Shown here one piece after another: positions 1 to 10,139 of a stretch of DNA of 64,000 nucleotides. A program made the translations under genes and the position numbers. The notes below the pieces were generated by a model, which saw nothing but the letters and a program-made list of their open reading frames with translations, searched no databases and was not told the origin of the DNA. Each line of letters opens with the position of its first letter. Within the stretch, counting starts at the first letter, position 1. The DNA comes from a candidate division FCPU426 bacterium (GTDB lineage Bacteria > Oederibacteriota > Muellerivitia > Muellerivitales > Muellerivitaceae): NCBI GenBank assembly GCA_963830915.1, contig CAWHOE010000034.1, forward strand, positions 11,839 to 75,838. The letters are read 5' to 3'.

Positions 1-702
1 GGGGCGGTCCTCATCAACGAAGGCTCCAAAGAGGAATCCCTTTCCGATGGGTTGAAGAATCCGGCCAAACTGGCCCCCAAAGTCGTGGTCCCTCCCGACC
101 AGGCCCTCATTAGCGATTTCGAGGATGGTTCGGTCCATATGAATCCCAAACTTTACGGGGCGAAGGCGGGGATGTGGACCGCGACGACTTATAGCGGCAC
201 CGTGAACACGCCCCTGGTGGTCCCTGGCGGGGCCAATGGAACCGCGATGGCTCTCCACGTTTCTGGCACCCTGATCAACAAGGGCGACAATACCTACCCC
301 TCTTTCGTTCTGTCGGGCAAGTTCAAGTCCAGGGGTTTTTTCGACGCCAGCCCCTTTCAAGGCATCCGCTTTTACTATAAATGTCCTGCCGACGACCAGG
401 CCACCAGCCATCGGTTCAGCGTTCCCATCGCCGCGACCGTTCCTACCTCCAACGGCGGGACTTGCACGGACGGATGTTTCAATCATTTCGGGACGGACCT
501 TCCGGCGGCCGCCGATTGGATCAAGAAAGACCTGGCTTTCGCCGATCTGAAGAGGGGATCGGGCTGGGGTTCGCCCGTCGCACCCCCTGATTTTACCGAT
601 CATTTGAAGGAGATCATCGATGTGGAGTGGGTGGACGGAAGCGGCAATAACGCGGGAAGCTACAAGATCGATTACTGGGTGGATGAGGTTGAGTTTTATT
701 GA
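1..702 (+). CDS. CBM11/CIA30-like carbohydrate-binding domain protein, 5'-truncated by the window edge
   Basis: Frame is open from base 1. Motifs LISDFEDG, GANGTAMALHVSG, DASPFQGIRFYYK and C-terminal IDYWVDEVEFY are typical of CBM11/CIA30 beta-sandwich domains. Confidence 0.7.
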   Translation, partial: GAVLINEGSKEESLSDGLKNPAKLAPKVVVPPDQALISDFEDGSVHMNPKLYGAKAGMWTATTYSGTVNTPLVVPGGANGTAMALHVSGTLINKGDNTYPSFVLSGKFKSRGFFDASPFQGIRFYYKCPADDQATSHRFSVPIAATVPTSNGGTCTDGCFNHFGTDLPAAADWIKKDLAFADLKRGSGWGSPVAPPDFTDHLKEIIDVEWVDGSGNNAGSYKIDYWVDEVEFY

Positions 703-772
703 GAGCTTCAAAAAATCTCACCTCAGAGACACGGTGAAAAGCATTGTTTTTTAAAAAAGTTAAATTAAGCAC

Positions 773-3427
773 ATGAAAGTGAAAATGAGCCGACTTCTTA
801 AATTTTTTTTCCTGGGAATTTTTTTTCTCGGGGGTCTCAACGGCCTGCGCGCCTTTCCCTTGGAAAACGTCACCTCCGATAACGAACTTTACCAAAGGGT
901 GAAAAAACTGGGCGACGCCGGACTTCTGGACTCCCAGGACAAAGCCGTGCTCGACCAGGGTTTGGTCGTCACCCGTTTGGAATTGGCCCTTTACACTGAA
1001 AAAGCCCAGTCCCGATTGGATCAAGCCTCTTCCGCGCCGACATCCATCTCCGTACCCGCGGTCATGACGCCGGCTCAGGCTCCCGCCGTTCAAGCCCCAA
1101 ACGAGCCAAGCGAAGGAAGTTCCGCTGATCTGTCCATTGTTCCCGAGGCCCCGGTTCCTGTCCTGAAAGAGACCCGCCCATCCATGGGCGCAGGAGTTTC
1201 CCAGGCCCCTGTTTCGGTTTATAGCGGTCCCTATCTTTCACCTGACGTTTCCCCGACGGTAAAAAAAGAAATCGTGGCGTTGCGCAAGGAATTCCGGTTG
1301 GAGACCCAATACCTCAGGACCCGCTTGAGCCTGGATGACAAACGGGTCAAGGAGCAGGAGGCCGAACTGGACCATTTAAATACGGTCCAGGACGATGTGG
1401 AATCGGCCGCCCGCAAGTCCAATAAATCCGGCGGTTCACCCCATCTGATTTATGAAACCGACGTCCGGGTGGAGGACCTCCAGATCTCGGGTCCCCTGGC
1501 GACCATGAACGCCATGAAACTGAAAAACGAGATGAACTTGGGGTTTTGGGCGGACCTGGGCGGGAAGGGATCCATCAACCTGGGACTCGAAGGTTTGATC
1601 TACGATTCGAACGCCTCCGCCGGTCCCGCTTCCATCTATCTAAACAGTCCCTCCATCAATTATGAGTTCGACGGGATGCTGGGCAAATGGAATAGCACGG
1701 TGGCGGTGGAGTATTACTCCAGCGATACGGACCTGGGAGACTTCACCCGCGGGGCCTCCACCGCGAACCAGCGGTTTGAGGACCCTTTCGACATCAAGAA
1801 GTATTCAGGCGATAAGAACCAGAAGAACTGGGACGATTACATCACCAACCTCAGTTATGTCCCCAGCTACGCCTCCTGGATAAACTCCAACAACTCTCAA
1901 CAGGTTTTCGACGGGTTGTACATGATCGGGACCCAATTGCCCCTGCTCAGTAAGGACGCGAAGGCCACCTTCCTGGTGGGCCGGGTGGACAGGACGGCGT
2001 CACAAAAATGGGAGGAAGCCCTGAAATATTCCCAGCCCTGGTTCGACGGCCATTTGCAGACCGGTATCTCAACGGAATGGGTCAATGAAAACTATGGCGT
2101 GGTGCCCGATTCCCCGACCACCTTGACCCCGGTCATGGACCAGAAAACATACGCGGCGGATATCGGGATCGATCTGAAACCAGTATTTTTGGATATCGAG
2201 GGCGGATATTCGCATTTTTACACTGGTTTGTGGACGCCCAGTGGCGGTCCGGCGACCCTGGCGGCGGGAGGGGTTTCCCTCACGAATGGAACCATCAACC
2301 CCCAGGCGTTGGAAGCTCCCGCGGGACAAGCCTCCGTGAATATCTATCCCCTGACCCTTTATTACACGGCCATCAGCGACACCTTTATCAATACCCAAAG
2401 TAAGGTCATTTTAGCCGGTTTTAATAAGGCCCAATATGGTTACGCGGTGCCCGGCGCCGCTCCTTACCCGGACAACCAATACGGCTTCATTGGGATGGTG
2501 GATGACCTGATCAGCGACCGCTACGGTTGGCGGGCCAATTTGGGATGGAAGGGGCGTCAGGAAAACTGGATGAAGGATTGGCCAAGTTTCCTGGACGATA
2601 TCGTGGTGAATCTGGACCTGGCCCAAAAGACCGAATACCGAGTGATCCCCGATGAGTTGGGCTATAACGTGGTGGAGGCCTACGATTTGATCACGGCTTA
2701 TTACCCCGAAGATTTGGGACTTTGGGGTTCGGCTTGGGGCGGATACAGCGGGGTCAACCCGGTGGGGAAGGCCTACGTTCAGGATATCGAAGACGCTCGT
2801 AAGGTCGGAAACGCCACCGGCAATGAGGACATTTTTGTCGCCACTGGAGCCACCCAGCGCGTTCCCTTCATCCTGCCCGTCTATGCCTCTCCCGGGGTCA
2901 TCGCGACCAAGGTTTCCGGGGGTGTTACGACGAATCTTTACACCCCGTTAGATCATCTCAAGACCTTCAACTACATCACCCTCACTACCAAGTTCCAATT
3001 CAACAAGATGTTAGGAATGAGTCGGCCCTTTTATGGGGACTTTTTTTTCACCGACCACCAAGTTTCAGGGGACACGACAACGACTACCTTATCCAACTTG
3101 CCCGATCCCAATCGTCCCGGACAGACCCTTGGACACATCCCCAGCCTTTTTGACCAGACCGTTTACGACACTTCCTTCTTGTACCAGCTTTTCCCCTTCC
3201 TGAATGTGATGGCCGATTATGGAATTGAGCTTTGGAAATCCAATTACACCTGGCCTTTGGTGGATTACCGCACCGATTCCTTGGGGGCAGGTTTGGCTTA
3301 TGACATTCCCTGGGGAGGCTCGAAACTGGAAGTTCGTTATAAACATCTGACCTTCCAGGACGCTTATGTCCCCGCCAGCAACTACCAGGCGGACCAGGTT
3401 TACACCTATTTCTTGATGCAGTTTTAA
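773..3427 (+). CDS. Putative outer-membrane protein: signal peptide, SLH-like domain, coiled coil, beta-barrel (paralog 1)
   Basis: 884 aa. Signal peptide, SLH-like ENVTSDNELYQRVKKLGDAGLL...TRLELA, heptad-rich linker, amphipathic strands, terminal Phe (YTYFLMQF). Confidence 0.65.
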   Translation: MKVKMSRLLKFFFLGIFFLGGLNGLRAFPLENVTSDNELYQRVKKLGDAGLLDSQDKAVLDQGLVVTRLELALYTEKAQSRLDQASSAPTSISVPAVMTPAQAPAVQAPNEPSEGSSADLSIVPEAPVPVLKETRPSMGAGVSQAPVSVYSGPYLSPDVSPTVKKEIVALRKEFRLETQYLRTRLSLDDKRVKEQEAELDHLNTVQDDVESAARKSNKSGGSPHLIYETDVRVEDLQISGPLATMNAMKLKNEMNLGFWADLGGKGSINLGLEGLIYDSNASAGPASIYLNSPSINYEFDGMLGKWNSTVAVEYYSSDTDLGDFTRGASTANQRFEDPFDIKKYSGDKNQKNWDDYITNLSYVPSYASWINSNNSQQVFDGLYMIGTQLPLLSKDAKATFLVGRVDRTASQKWEEALKYSQPWFDGHLQTGISTEWVNENYGVVPDSPTTLTPVMDQKTYAADIGIDLKPVFLDIEGGYSHFYTGLWTPSGGPATLAAGGVSLTNGTINPQALEAPAGQASVNIYPLTLYYTAISDTFINTQSKVILAGFNKAQYGYAVPGAAPYPDNQYGFIGMVDDLISDRYGWRANLGWKGRQENWMKDWPSFLDDIVVNLDLAQKTEYRVIPDELGYNVVEAYDLITAYYPEDLGLWGSAWGGYSGVNPVGKAYVQDIEDARKVGNATGNEDIFVATGATQRVPFILPVYASPGVIATKVSGGVTTNLYTPLDHLKTFNYITLTTKFQFNKMLGMSRPFYGDFFFTDHQVSGDTTTTTLSNLPDPNRPGQTLGHIPSLFDQTVYDTSFLYQLFPFLNVMADYGIELWKSNYTWPLVDYRTDSLGAGLAYDIPWGGSKLEVRYKHLTFQDAYVPASNYQADQVYTYFLMQF

Positions 3428-3433
3428 AAAAAG

Positions 3434-5668
3434 ATGAGAACGAATGGGCAAAAGGGTGAACGTGTGAAAGTGACCGAAAACCAAAAAAGAAATGATCGAA
3501 CGGCCTTTTTGATCTTGGGAATGTTCCTGGCCATGGCCTTGCCGGTTTTTGCCGAACACGGTTCCTTGGCCTCGTTCCAAAGGGATGGCTGGATCGACAC
3601 GGACCTGGAGACCTTGGCCCAGGCGGGTTGGGTCACGAAACCTGAAAACCCCGTGGGGGAATTGACCAACCTGGAAGTGGCCCAGCTGATCGCCCAGGCC
3701 GCCAAGAAGGTGAATGACTTGCCGCCTTCCGCCACCCCCGGCTCTTCGTCGGCGGGAAAGAGCCTGGCGGTTTTATTGGATGAATTCAATTGGGAACTTT
3801 CTGTCATGGACGTGGAAGTGGAACAACTGGAGGACCGCCTTCGCAACTCGGAAGAACTCAGTGAAAGGTTCTCAGCCCTCCAAGAAAAGGATCTGGCTCG
3901 CACAGGTACCCTGCTTTCGGGTTATTCCAGGAGCTATTTCAACCTCTTCCGGGGCTTCGGTGCCAACGCCATCTATCCCGCCATGGACTACAACGCCGTT
4001 ATGTTCGCGGACCTGAAATTCAAAAGTGTTCCCGTGCCCTTCGTCCTTTTCGACGCCGACCTTCGCATCTACCGGACCATCGGCTTCGTTTTTGGCGAGC
4101 CCCTCAATCCCGATTACAATCTGCGATGGCTGTCCCTGAACAACGTCAATGACGTGGCCACCTTGACCGCGGGTGATTTTTACCGCCGCTACACACCCCT
4201 GACCCTTTGGAATTCCGAGATCCCTGTTTACACCCTGATAGAGCCGACCTCCTATTACCGCGCCCGAAAGGATGTGGAGGAAATGGTCTATATGGACCAT
4301 GGGCCCGATTGGCATATGAGGGGTTTACAGGCCGCCTCGGACCAGGCGGTACTGGATAATCCGGTGGTCAGTTCATTCCACCTGCAGGCCATGGCCGGGG
4401 AGTTGAGTACCGCGTCTCTTTTCGCTTTTGGGAACAATTACGCGGGGGCCGAAGGATCCATGGGTTTCTTCGGCGACAAGCTGGAAATCAAGGGGGCCGG
4501 ATTACAACTTTGGAACGATACGGGCACGGCCGATCTGGCCTATAACCCCGCCATCCCCTCCACCTTCGCCCGGCAATATCAAGTGGGAAGCCTTTCTGTC
4601 AGCGGAAACCTTCCCCTTCGAAAAGGGGTGAGCCTGACCGGGTCGGCGGAATACGCCGAAAGCCGATATCAAGACGATTCCAACAACGCTGGAAGCGTCT
4701 ATACGGATTGGGCTTTCTTGGGCAACGGATCCCTGGACGTGGAGGGCGCCCATGTGACGGCGAAGTATCTCTCCAACGGGCCGGATTTTTTCTCGCCGGG
4801 AGCCCAAACCAACCGATACTCCCCCATCGCGGGCGCGGCTGGTTCGGGTTACCTGAACGGCAACCAAAATCTGGACGATGCCCTTAATGGTTACTTGAAC
4901 GGTTATGTTTTCCAAAACGTGACCCGGCCCGCGTTCGCCCCTTATGACCGTATGGCGGAAAACGCGCTGCCTTATGGGGACGCGACCCCTAATCGAGAGG
5001 GTTTTGTGTTCGGGTTCTCAGCGAACATGGGAAAAGGAGGATGGGTCAAGCCCCAGGCTTCATATATGAATATGAACGAGATACAGCCAGATTACATATG
5101 GACTGGGAGCGGGACAGGGACCGTACTGCCGGTGGATAGCGACGCCCGCCAAACCAACACCAGGGCCTTCGAGGGGTACGAAGGCGCCCTTTCGGTCGAC
5201 TGGGCCAAGGGTTTGGAAGGTTTACCCCCGACCTGTGACCTGGCATTCGATTACAAGCACCAAACGACCAACCTGGGTTTGGGTACGCCCCTTTTCAGCG
5301 TGGATACCTTCATCGTCTGCGCGGACGCGGGCCCATTTCCCCAGATCCCCTTGTTGGAAGGATTGACTCTTTCCGGCGCCTTTAAGTTAGCTCAATCCAG
5401 CGGGAATGAATATACGTTGATAAACACCGGCCAGCCGCCGACTTTGGCCAGCTATTCCTCCATTGTTGATAATTCCCAACTGGGAAATTATCACGACCAA
5501 GCCTTGAACATTACCCTTGCCTCTTTCGCCTTTGGCTTCAAATGCCCCTTGAGCCCCACCTTCGATATCCATGGGGATTGGTTTTACAATCAGTATACCT
5601 GGAACGATGTTCCCGGATTTGACCGGCGCGAACAGATATGGAGGTTGACCTATGACGTCAGCTTCTAA
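3434..5668 (+). CDS. Putative outer-membrane protein, SLH-like/coiled-coil/beta-barrel (paralog 2)
   Basis: 744 aa. GWIDTDLETLAQAGWV...LTNLEVA, coiled coil VEQLEDRLRNSEELSERF, terminal LTYDVSF. Shares GDFxxxYTPLTLWN and PYGxATPNRxG with paralog 3. Confidence 0.65.
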   Translation: MRTNGQKGERVKVTENQKRNDRTAFLILGMFLAMALPVFAEHGSLASFQRDGWIDTDLETLAQAGWVTKPENPVGELTNLEVAQLIAQAAKKVNDLPPSATPGSSSAGKSLAVLLDEFNWELSVMDVEVEQLEDRLRNSEELSERFSALQEKDLARTGTLLSGYSRSYFNLFRGFGANAIYPAMDYNAVMFADLKFKSVPVPFVLFDADLRIYRTIGFVFGEPLNPDYNLRWLSLNNVNDVATLTAGDFYRRYTPLTLWNSEIPVYTLIEPTSYYRARKDVEEMVYMDHGPDWHMRGLQAASDQAVLDNPVVSSFHLQAMAGELSTASLFAFGNNYAGAEGSMGFFGDKLEIKGAGLQLWNDTGTADLAYNPAIPSTFARQYQVGSLSVSGNLPLRKGVSLTGSAEYAESRYQDDSNNAGSVYTDWAFLGNGSLDVEGAHVTAKYLSNGPDFFSPGAQTNRYSPIAGAAGSGYLNGNQNLDDALNGYLNGYVFQNVTRPAFAPYDRMAENALPYGDATPNREGFVFGFSANMGKGGWVKPQASYMNMNEIQPDYIWTGSGTGTVLPVDSDARQTNTRAFEGYEGALSVDWAKGLEGLPPTCDLAFDYKHQTTNLGLGTPLFSVDTFIVCADAGPFPQIPLLEGLTLSGAFKLAQSSGNEYTLINTGQPPTLASYSSIVDNSQLGNYHDQALNITLASFAFGFKCPLSPTFDIHGDWFYNQYTWNDVPGFDRREQIWRLTYDVSF

Positions 5669-8048
5669 AATTCCCGGGGTCAGGGAACACCGCTTGGAGC
5701 GAACCGCCTATTGGAAACTCATGGCCCGAGGGGTTTTGTTTTTTGCCCTTTTTACCCTGAATGGTTTGGCCGTCGTCGGCGCGACGACGGGAGACGCTTT
5801 GTTCTCGGTGGTGCCGGCGGATGACCCGGTTTATGGGCAGCTTCGGCAATTGATCGACGCCCGGCTTTTATCCCCGGGTGAAATGGCCCCTCCTTTAACC
5901 CGCTTCGATGTTGCCCGGGATATCCTGAAAGCGCGGGCCCGCTACGATGAAATAGTGGTGGCGGACGCACATTCTCCTGTCGTGAGTTCGGCCGACGCGG
6001 CTCCATCATCCCGGACCTCCCCTTCCGTGATCTATAAAACCGGGGTGATCCTGCATAACCTGGAAGAAACCTACCAGTACGAATTGGGCAAGTTGAATGA
6101 AAGCGTTAAGGCTTTAGGCGATTCTTTGAATGACATGGAGAACCAGGAATACGCCCTGCGTAAAAGGCTGAAGGGGATCGACCAATACCCGACCATTGCC
6201 ATCCATGGATTGGGAAGGGCCTTTGGTTTTACCCAGCAATATTCGGGGGATTATTCAAACGCTTATTTTCCCAATCCGGGAATGAGGATGACCTATGGTT
6301 ATCTGGACCTGGAGCCCGAGGCAATCGTCACGAAAGAGATCAAATTCAGCGGCATCATCCGCGCCGAAACGAATTTTTCGGCCAATCCTTTCAACGCCCC
6401 TTCCCATTCTTCCTTGAATGGTGAATTTATACAGGATTCCCCTTTCAGCGTTTCTACCAGCAGCAACTTCGTCCTGAGCCTCCGACGCTTGTCCCTGGAT
6501 TTCAATCCGCCTTGGCTTTCGGCAACTTTAGGCGATTTCGAGGAAGCGTACACCCCCCTGACCCTTTGGAACCGCGACAGCCTGGACTTGAAATACGTCC
6601 CCGAAATGTGGGCAAGGCAGGACGCGACCTTGAAATACGAGAGCTTTTTTGACCAGGAACCCAATTGGCCTTTCCGGGGTTTGAAGGTGGGAACCCATAT
6701 CCTCTGGCCCGACTCCGATTGGGCGGACCAACTGAAAGTCTCCAGTTTTATCCATATGATCCGTAATGGGTTTGATGATACGGGTAATTTCGGAGGATGG
6801 TATTTTGGCCCGGATCAATTCACGGATTGGTTAGCAGCCGGAACGGCGTCCTTCAAGACTAAAAAATGGTACGGCGATGGAATATCTTTTCAAGCGCAAT
6901 TGGATACCTACGGAACCATACTGGATGAACCCCTGTATACCGATGCCCCCGGGTCTTCCTACAGTCCCACCAATCCTTCTACTTGGGCCCATCAATACCT
7001 GACGGGCAGCGTCAAACCGGATTTCAAAATGGACTTCGGGAATGGGACCTCTGTTGGAATAGAGGGAGAATACGCTTATACCAGCTACCAGGACGATAAA
7101 CTCGACCCCAATAGGGTCATCACCGATTACGCGTTGATGGGCGGTCCCTATCTACAATTGGGCGATTCCAGTGTTTCTTTCGTCTATTTGAATGTGGGCC
7201 CTTATTATTACAACCCATTGGCCCAAACTCGGCAGGACGCCGTCACCGATCTTTCCAGCATGGCGAAATATATTCCCTCCGCTGAACAATGGCAGGCGCC
7301 TTTGCGGGGCCAGGACTTCCTCACCAATGTTCCCCGGCCAGGACAGATATACGGTTTCTACGATCGGACCCAAGACAATACATTCCCTTATGGATTGGCG
7401 ACCCCCAACCGACAGGGGATCGGGCTTGAGTTAAATATTAAGGCCCTGGAGCACCAAACGTTGAAGGTGCTGGGGGCGGCCTATCTAGTCCAGGAGATCA
7501 CCGGGGAGATGGCTTTGCCCCCGGCTGTGACAACCTTAGTGCCGGTGGAGGTCAACTCGGGAGCGGCTCCGGTGCGCAATTTCACCTACGTCAATATCGG
7601 CCCCAGCTTCAACCTTGGACCGTCCCTGGGTTGGGACCGGGTTTTGGAGATCGGGAGCAACTTCCGCTATGAACAAACCTCCAGTTCCCTGGGAACATTG
7701 ACCAGCCTTTGGGCGATCGGGGGAGTGCGGGTCGAGATCCTCCCGGTGTGGGAAATGTCCGCGGCCTTTAGCGATAGACAGGCGAATGGAACGGAATATG
7801 GTTACGGCGGATCCCTTTACGCCAGGTACACCTATCTTTATGACGGATCGGACGTGGGAGCCTACAAATCGGTCCAGATCAATGGGACGGTCCAGAGCCT
7901 CCGATGGTCCACATCCTTTAAGGTGAATCGGAACTCAAGCCTCTCCTTGGATTACAGTTGGACTTTTGGAAACATGCTTCCCTCGGGACAAACACAGGGG
8001 ACGCTCAACAACCAATTTGGGGAGATAAGCTATGAAGTCCTGTTTTAG
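5652..8048 (+). CDS. Putative outer-membrane protein, SLH-like/coiled-coil/beta-barrel (paralog 3)
   Basis: 798 aa. FSVVPADDPVYGQLRQL...LTRFDVA, coiled coil, terminal ISYEVLF. Overlaps the stop of paralog 2. Confidence 0.65.
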   Translation: MTSASKIPGVREHRLERTAYWKLMARGVLFFALFTLNGLAVVGATTGDALFSVVPADDPVYGQLRQLIDARLLSPGEMAPPLTRFDVARDILKARARYDEIVVADAHSPVVSSADAAPSSRTSPSVIYKTGVILHNLEETYQYELGKLNESVKALGDSLNDMENQEYALRKRLKGIDQYPTIAIHGLGRAFGFTQQYSGDYSNAYFPNPGMRMTYGYLDLEPEAIVTKEIKFSGIIRAETNFSANPFNAPSHSSLNGEFIQDSPFSVSTSSNFVLSLRRLSLDFNPPWLSATLGDFEEAYTPLTLWNRDSLDLKYVPEMWARQDATLKYESFFDQEPNWPFRGLKVGTHILWPDSDWADQLKVSSFIHMIRNGFDDTGNFGGWYFGPDQFTDWLAAGTASFKTKKWYGDGISFQAQLDTYGTILDEPLYTDAPGSSYSPTNPSTWAHQYLTGSVKPDFKMDFGNGTSVGIEGEYAYTSYQDDKLDPNRVITDYALMGGPYLQLGDSSVSFVYLNVGPYYYNPLAQTRQDAVTDLSSMAKYIPSAEQWQAPLRGQDFLTNVPRPGQIYGFYDRTQDNTFPYGLATPNRQGIGLELNIKALEHQTLKVLGAAYLVQEITGEMALPPAVTTLVPVEVNSGAAPVRNFTYVNIGPSFNLGPSLGWDRVLEIGSNFRYEQTSSSLGTLTSLWAIGGVRVEILPVWEMSAAFSDRQANGTEYGYGGSLYARYTYLYDGSDVGAYKSVQINGTVQSLRWSTSFKVNRNSSLSLDYSWTFGNMLPSGQTQGTLNNQFGEISYEVLF

Positions 8049-8122
8049 CCGGGGAACTGCCGGGAGCGTTCCAATGATGATTTCGGCGGTATGATTTATA
8101 AGGTGGGATTCAGGAGGAAGTC

Positions 8123-8839
8123 GTGAGGAAAGATAATTTTCTAATACCGGGCTTGGCCTTGCTGGTTATTGTTCTATTGTTTAGCTGGGCCAACGGCTGT
8201 TCTCAAAGAACTCCTTCCGCGGCCACGATGGAATATCACGCGCCCTGCCCGGATACGCTACTCGCAGGATTTGAGACGGCTCCCGTGACCAGTGTGAGCG
8301 GCAGCGTTACCACCATATCTTACGTACCGGACGCGGGAGTGACATTGAATGATCCTTCGAATGGGGTTACCTACACCTCTATCCTGACCCGATCCCCCTA
8401 TTACGTGACCCAGGGACTTTACTCATTGGATGTGGATATCCTCACTCCTGTTTCTTTCAACCAAAACATCATGATCATGACCTTTGCCAAACCACTCACC
8501 CTTACCAATACGATCCAAGTGATTATGGATGTCACGGTGGATCCATCCGTGGTCAATGGGGCGGGATATCACACCCTTTTATTCGTGGCGGATGATGGAT
8601 CACCCACAGAGAATAAGTATTTTCAGTTTATCAGCGGGGATTACCCGACCATAAACGCCGGGTCGCAAAGTATTGTTTGGAACATCAATTTTTCGGCGGG
8701 AACCATAAACCCGAATGAGGGAATGACCAAATGGACCTTCGTGTATAACAATAACGCCACCGGAAACTCGAACGGAATACCTAACGGCACCGGGAATATC
8801 TATATGGATAATTTGCGTCTTGTCCCTAATTGCCCCTGA
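8123..8839 (+). CDS. Lipoprotein with carbohydrate-binding-module-like domain
   Basis: SD AGGAGG before GTG. Lipobox WANG-C. LLAGFET, VTQGLYSL and GNIYMDNLRL resemble CBM beta-sandwich motifs. Confidence 0.6.
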   Translation: MRKDNFLIPGLALLVIVLLFSWANGCSQRTPSAATMEYHAPCPDTLLAGFETAPVTSVSGSVTTISYVPDAGVTLNDPSNGVTYTSILTRSPYYVTQGLYSLDVDILTPVSFNQNIMIMTFAKPLTLTNTIQVIMDVTVDPSVVNGAGYHTLLFVADDGSPTENKYFQFISGDYPTINAGSQSIVWNINFSAGTINPNEGMTKWTFVYNNNATGNSNGIPNGTGNIYMDNLRLVPNCP

Positions 8840-9027
8840 TCATTGAGCTATCTGAGCCATCCCAAGGTTTTTGACCCAAGCCCAGGCCTTTCTTTTCTTC
8901 AACAAAATTTGTAAACCATAAGATATTCACTGTCAAAACGCCAAGAACGGATTGGTGTGGATTTTGGAAAAATTCGGAAGATTATTTTGACTTGCCTATA
9001 AAGGTACCTTCCTCCAGCGATTTTTCT

Positions 9028-9069
9028 TTGTCTTAACCCGTTTAAAGAGTAATAATTGAACCGGTTACA
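9028..9069 (+). promoter_or_regulatory. Sigma70-like promoter overlapped by a LacI-type operator upstream of the LacI gene
   Basis: TTGTCT (9028-9033), 17 nt spacer, AATAAT (9051-9056), immediately followed by TGAACCGGTTACA with palindromic core AACCGGTT. Confidence 0.6.
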
Positions 9070-9144
9070 TTAATTCCCTGAAAGTTTCAGGCCGCCGACC
9101 TCCAAAATTCCTGATTTATATATTTATTTTCTTAAGGAGAAGCC

Positions 9145-10134
9145 ATGGGAGTGACGATTCAGCAGATCGCCGAAAATACCGGAGTTTCCAAGGCGACCGT
9201 CTCGCGGGTATTGAACGGACTCGCCGTAAAATACGAGACCGAGCAAAAAGTTAAAGCCATGATGGAAAAGATGCATTACCGGCCCAACCGGTTTGCGCGC
9301 GGTTTGGCGGCTTCCCATAAGACCGGCTTCCTAGGTGTTGTCACCCCCTCTTTGAACCTTTTTGTGGCCGCGGTTATCGCGGGAATGGAGGAGGAAGCCA
9401 GGCGCCACGGCAAGCTTTTGACCCTCGCGACCTTGCCCGTCGGGACCATCGAGGAACGTGAGATCGTTCATACACTGACCGAACCGCCGGTTGTGGACGG
9501 CCTTTTGTTTTTCCTGCCCTCTCCCCAGATGGAAGGACTGATCCGGAGTTTAAACCAGCGCAAGTTTCCCATGGTGGTCGCCGGTGAAAAACGTTTCGAA
9601 TATCTCATGCCCACGATAGCTCTGGACAATCTCAACGGCGGAAAACAGGCGACCGAATACCTGATCCAAAAAGGGCATAAAAGGATTGGTTTTATAGGGG
9701 GCCGGATGGACATGAGCGATTCAGCGGATCGGGAGGAAGGCTACCGGCTGGCTTTGAAGGAATCCGGGATCACCGTTGAGGAAAGCTTGATCCAACCGGG
9801 GGATTACACTATTCCGTCTGGCATTCAAGCGGCCGCCAAATTTCTGGAAATGAGGAATCCCCCGACAGCTGTATTCGCCGCCAACGATGGGATGGCCATC
9901 GGCGTATTGAAGGCCCTGCAAAACCGAAAAAAAGAAGGCGCATTCGCTGTCGTGGGATTTGACGATATCGAAATGGCTTCCTACGTGACCCCCGCGTTGA
10001 CCACCGTGGGATATGACCCGCATGAATTAGGAAAGCAGGCTGTGCACAAACTCATGAGGCTGGTTCTAGGTGAGGAAAAGATCCGCTCCACCCTGCAGAT
10101 CAAGACCCATTTGATCGTTCGCGATTCCGCTTAA
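9145..10134 (+). CDS. LacI-family transcriptional regulator
   Basis: HTH VTIQQIAENTGVSKATVSRVLN, hinge YRPNRFARGL, sugar-binding domain with VVGFDDI and PALTTV. Confidence 0.95.
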   Translation: MGVTIQQIAENTGVSKATVSRVLNGLAVKYETEQKVKAMMEKMHYRPNRFARGLAASHKTGFLGVVTPSLNLFVAAVIAGMEEEARRHGKLLTLATLPVGTIEEREIVHTLTEPPVVDGLLFFLPSPQMEGLIRSLNQRKFPMVVAGEKRFEYLMPTIALDNLNGGKQATEYLIQKGHKRIGFIGGRMDMSDSADREEGYRLALKESGITVEESLIQPGDYTIPSGIQAAAKFLEMRNPPTAVFAANDGMAIGVLKALQNRKKEGAFAVVGFDDIEMASYVTPALTTVGYDPHELGKQAVHKLMRLVLGEEKIRSTLQIKTHLIVRDSA

Positions 10135-10139
10135 ATTCC

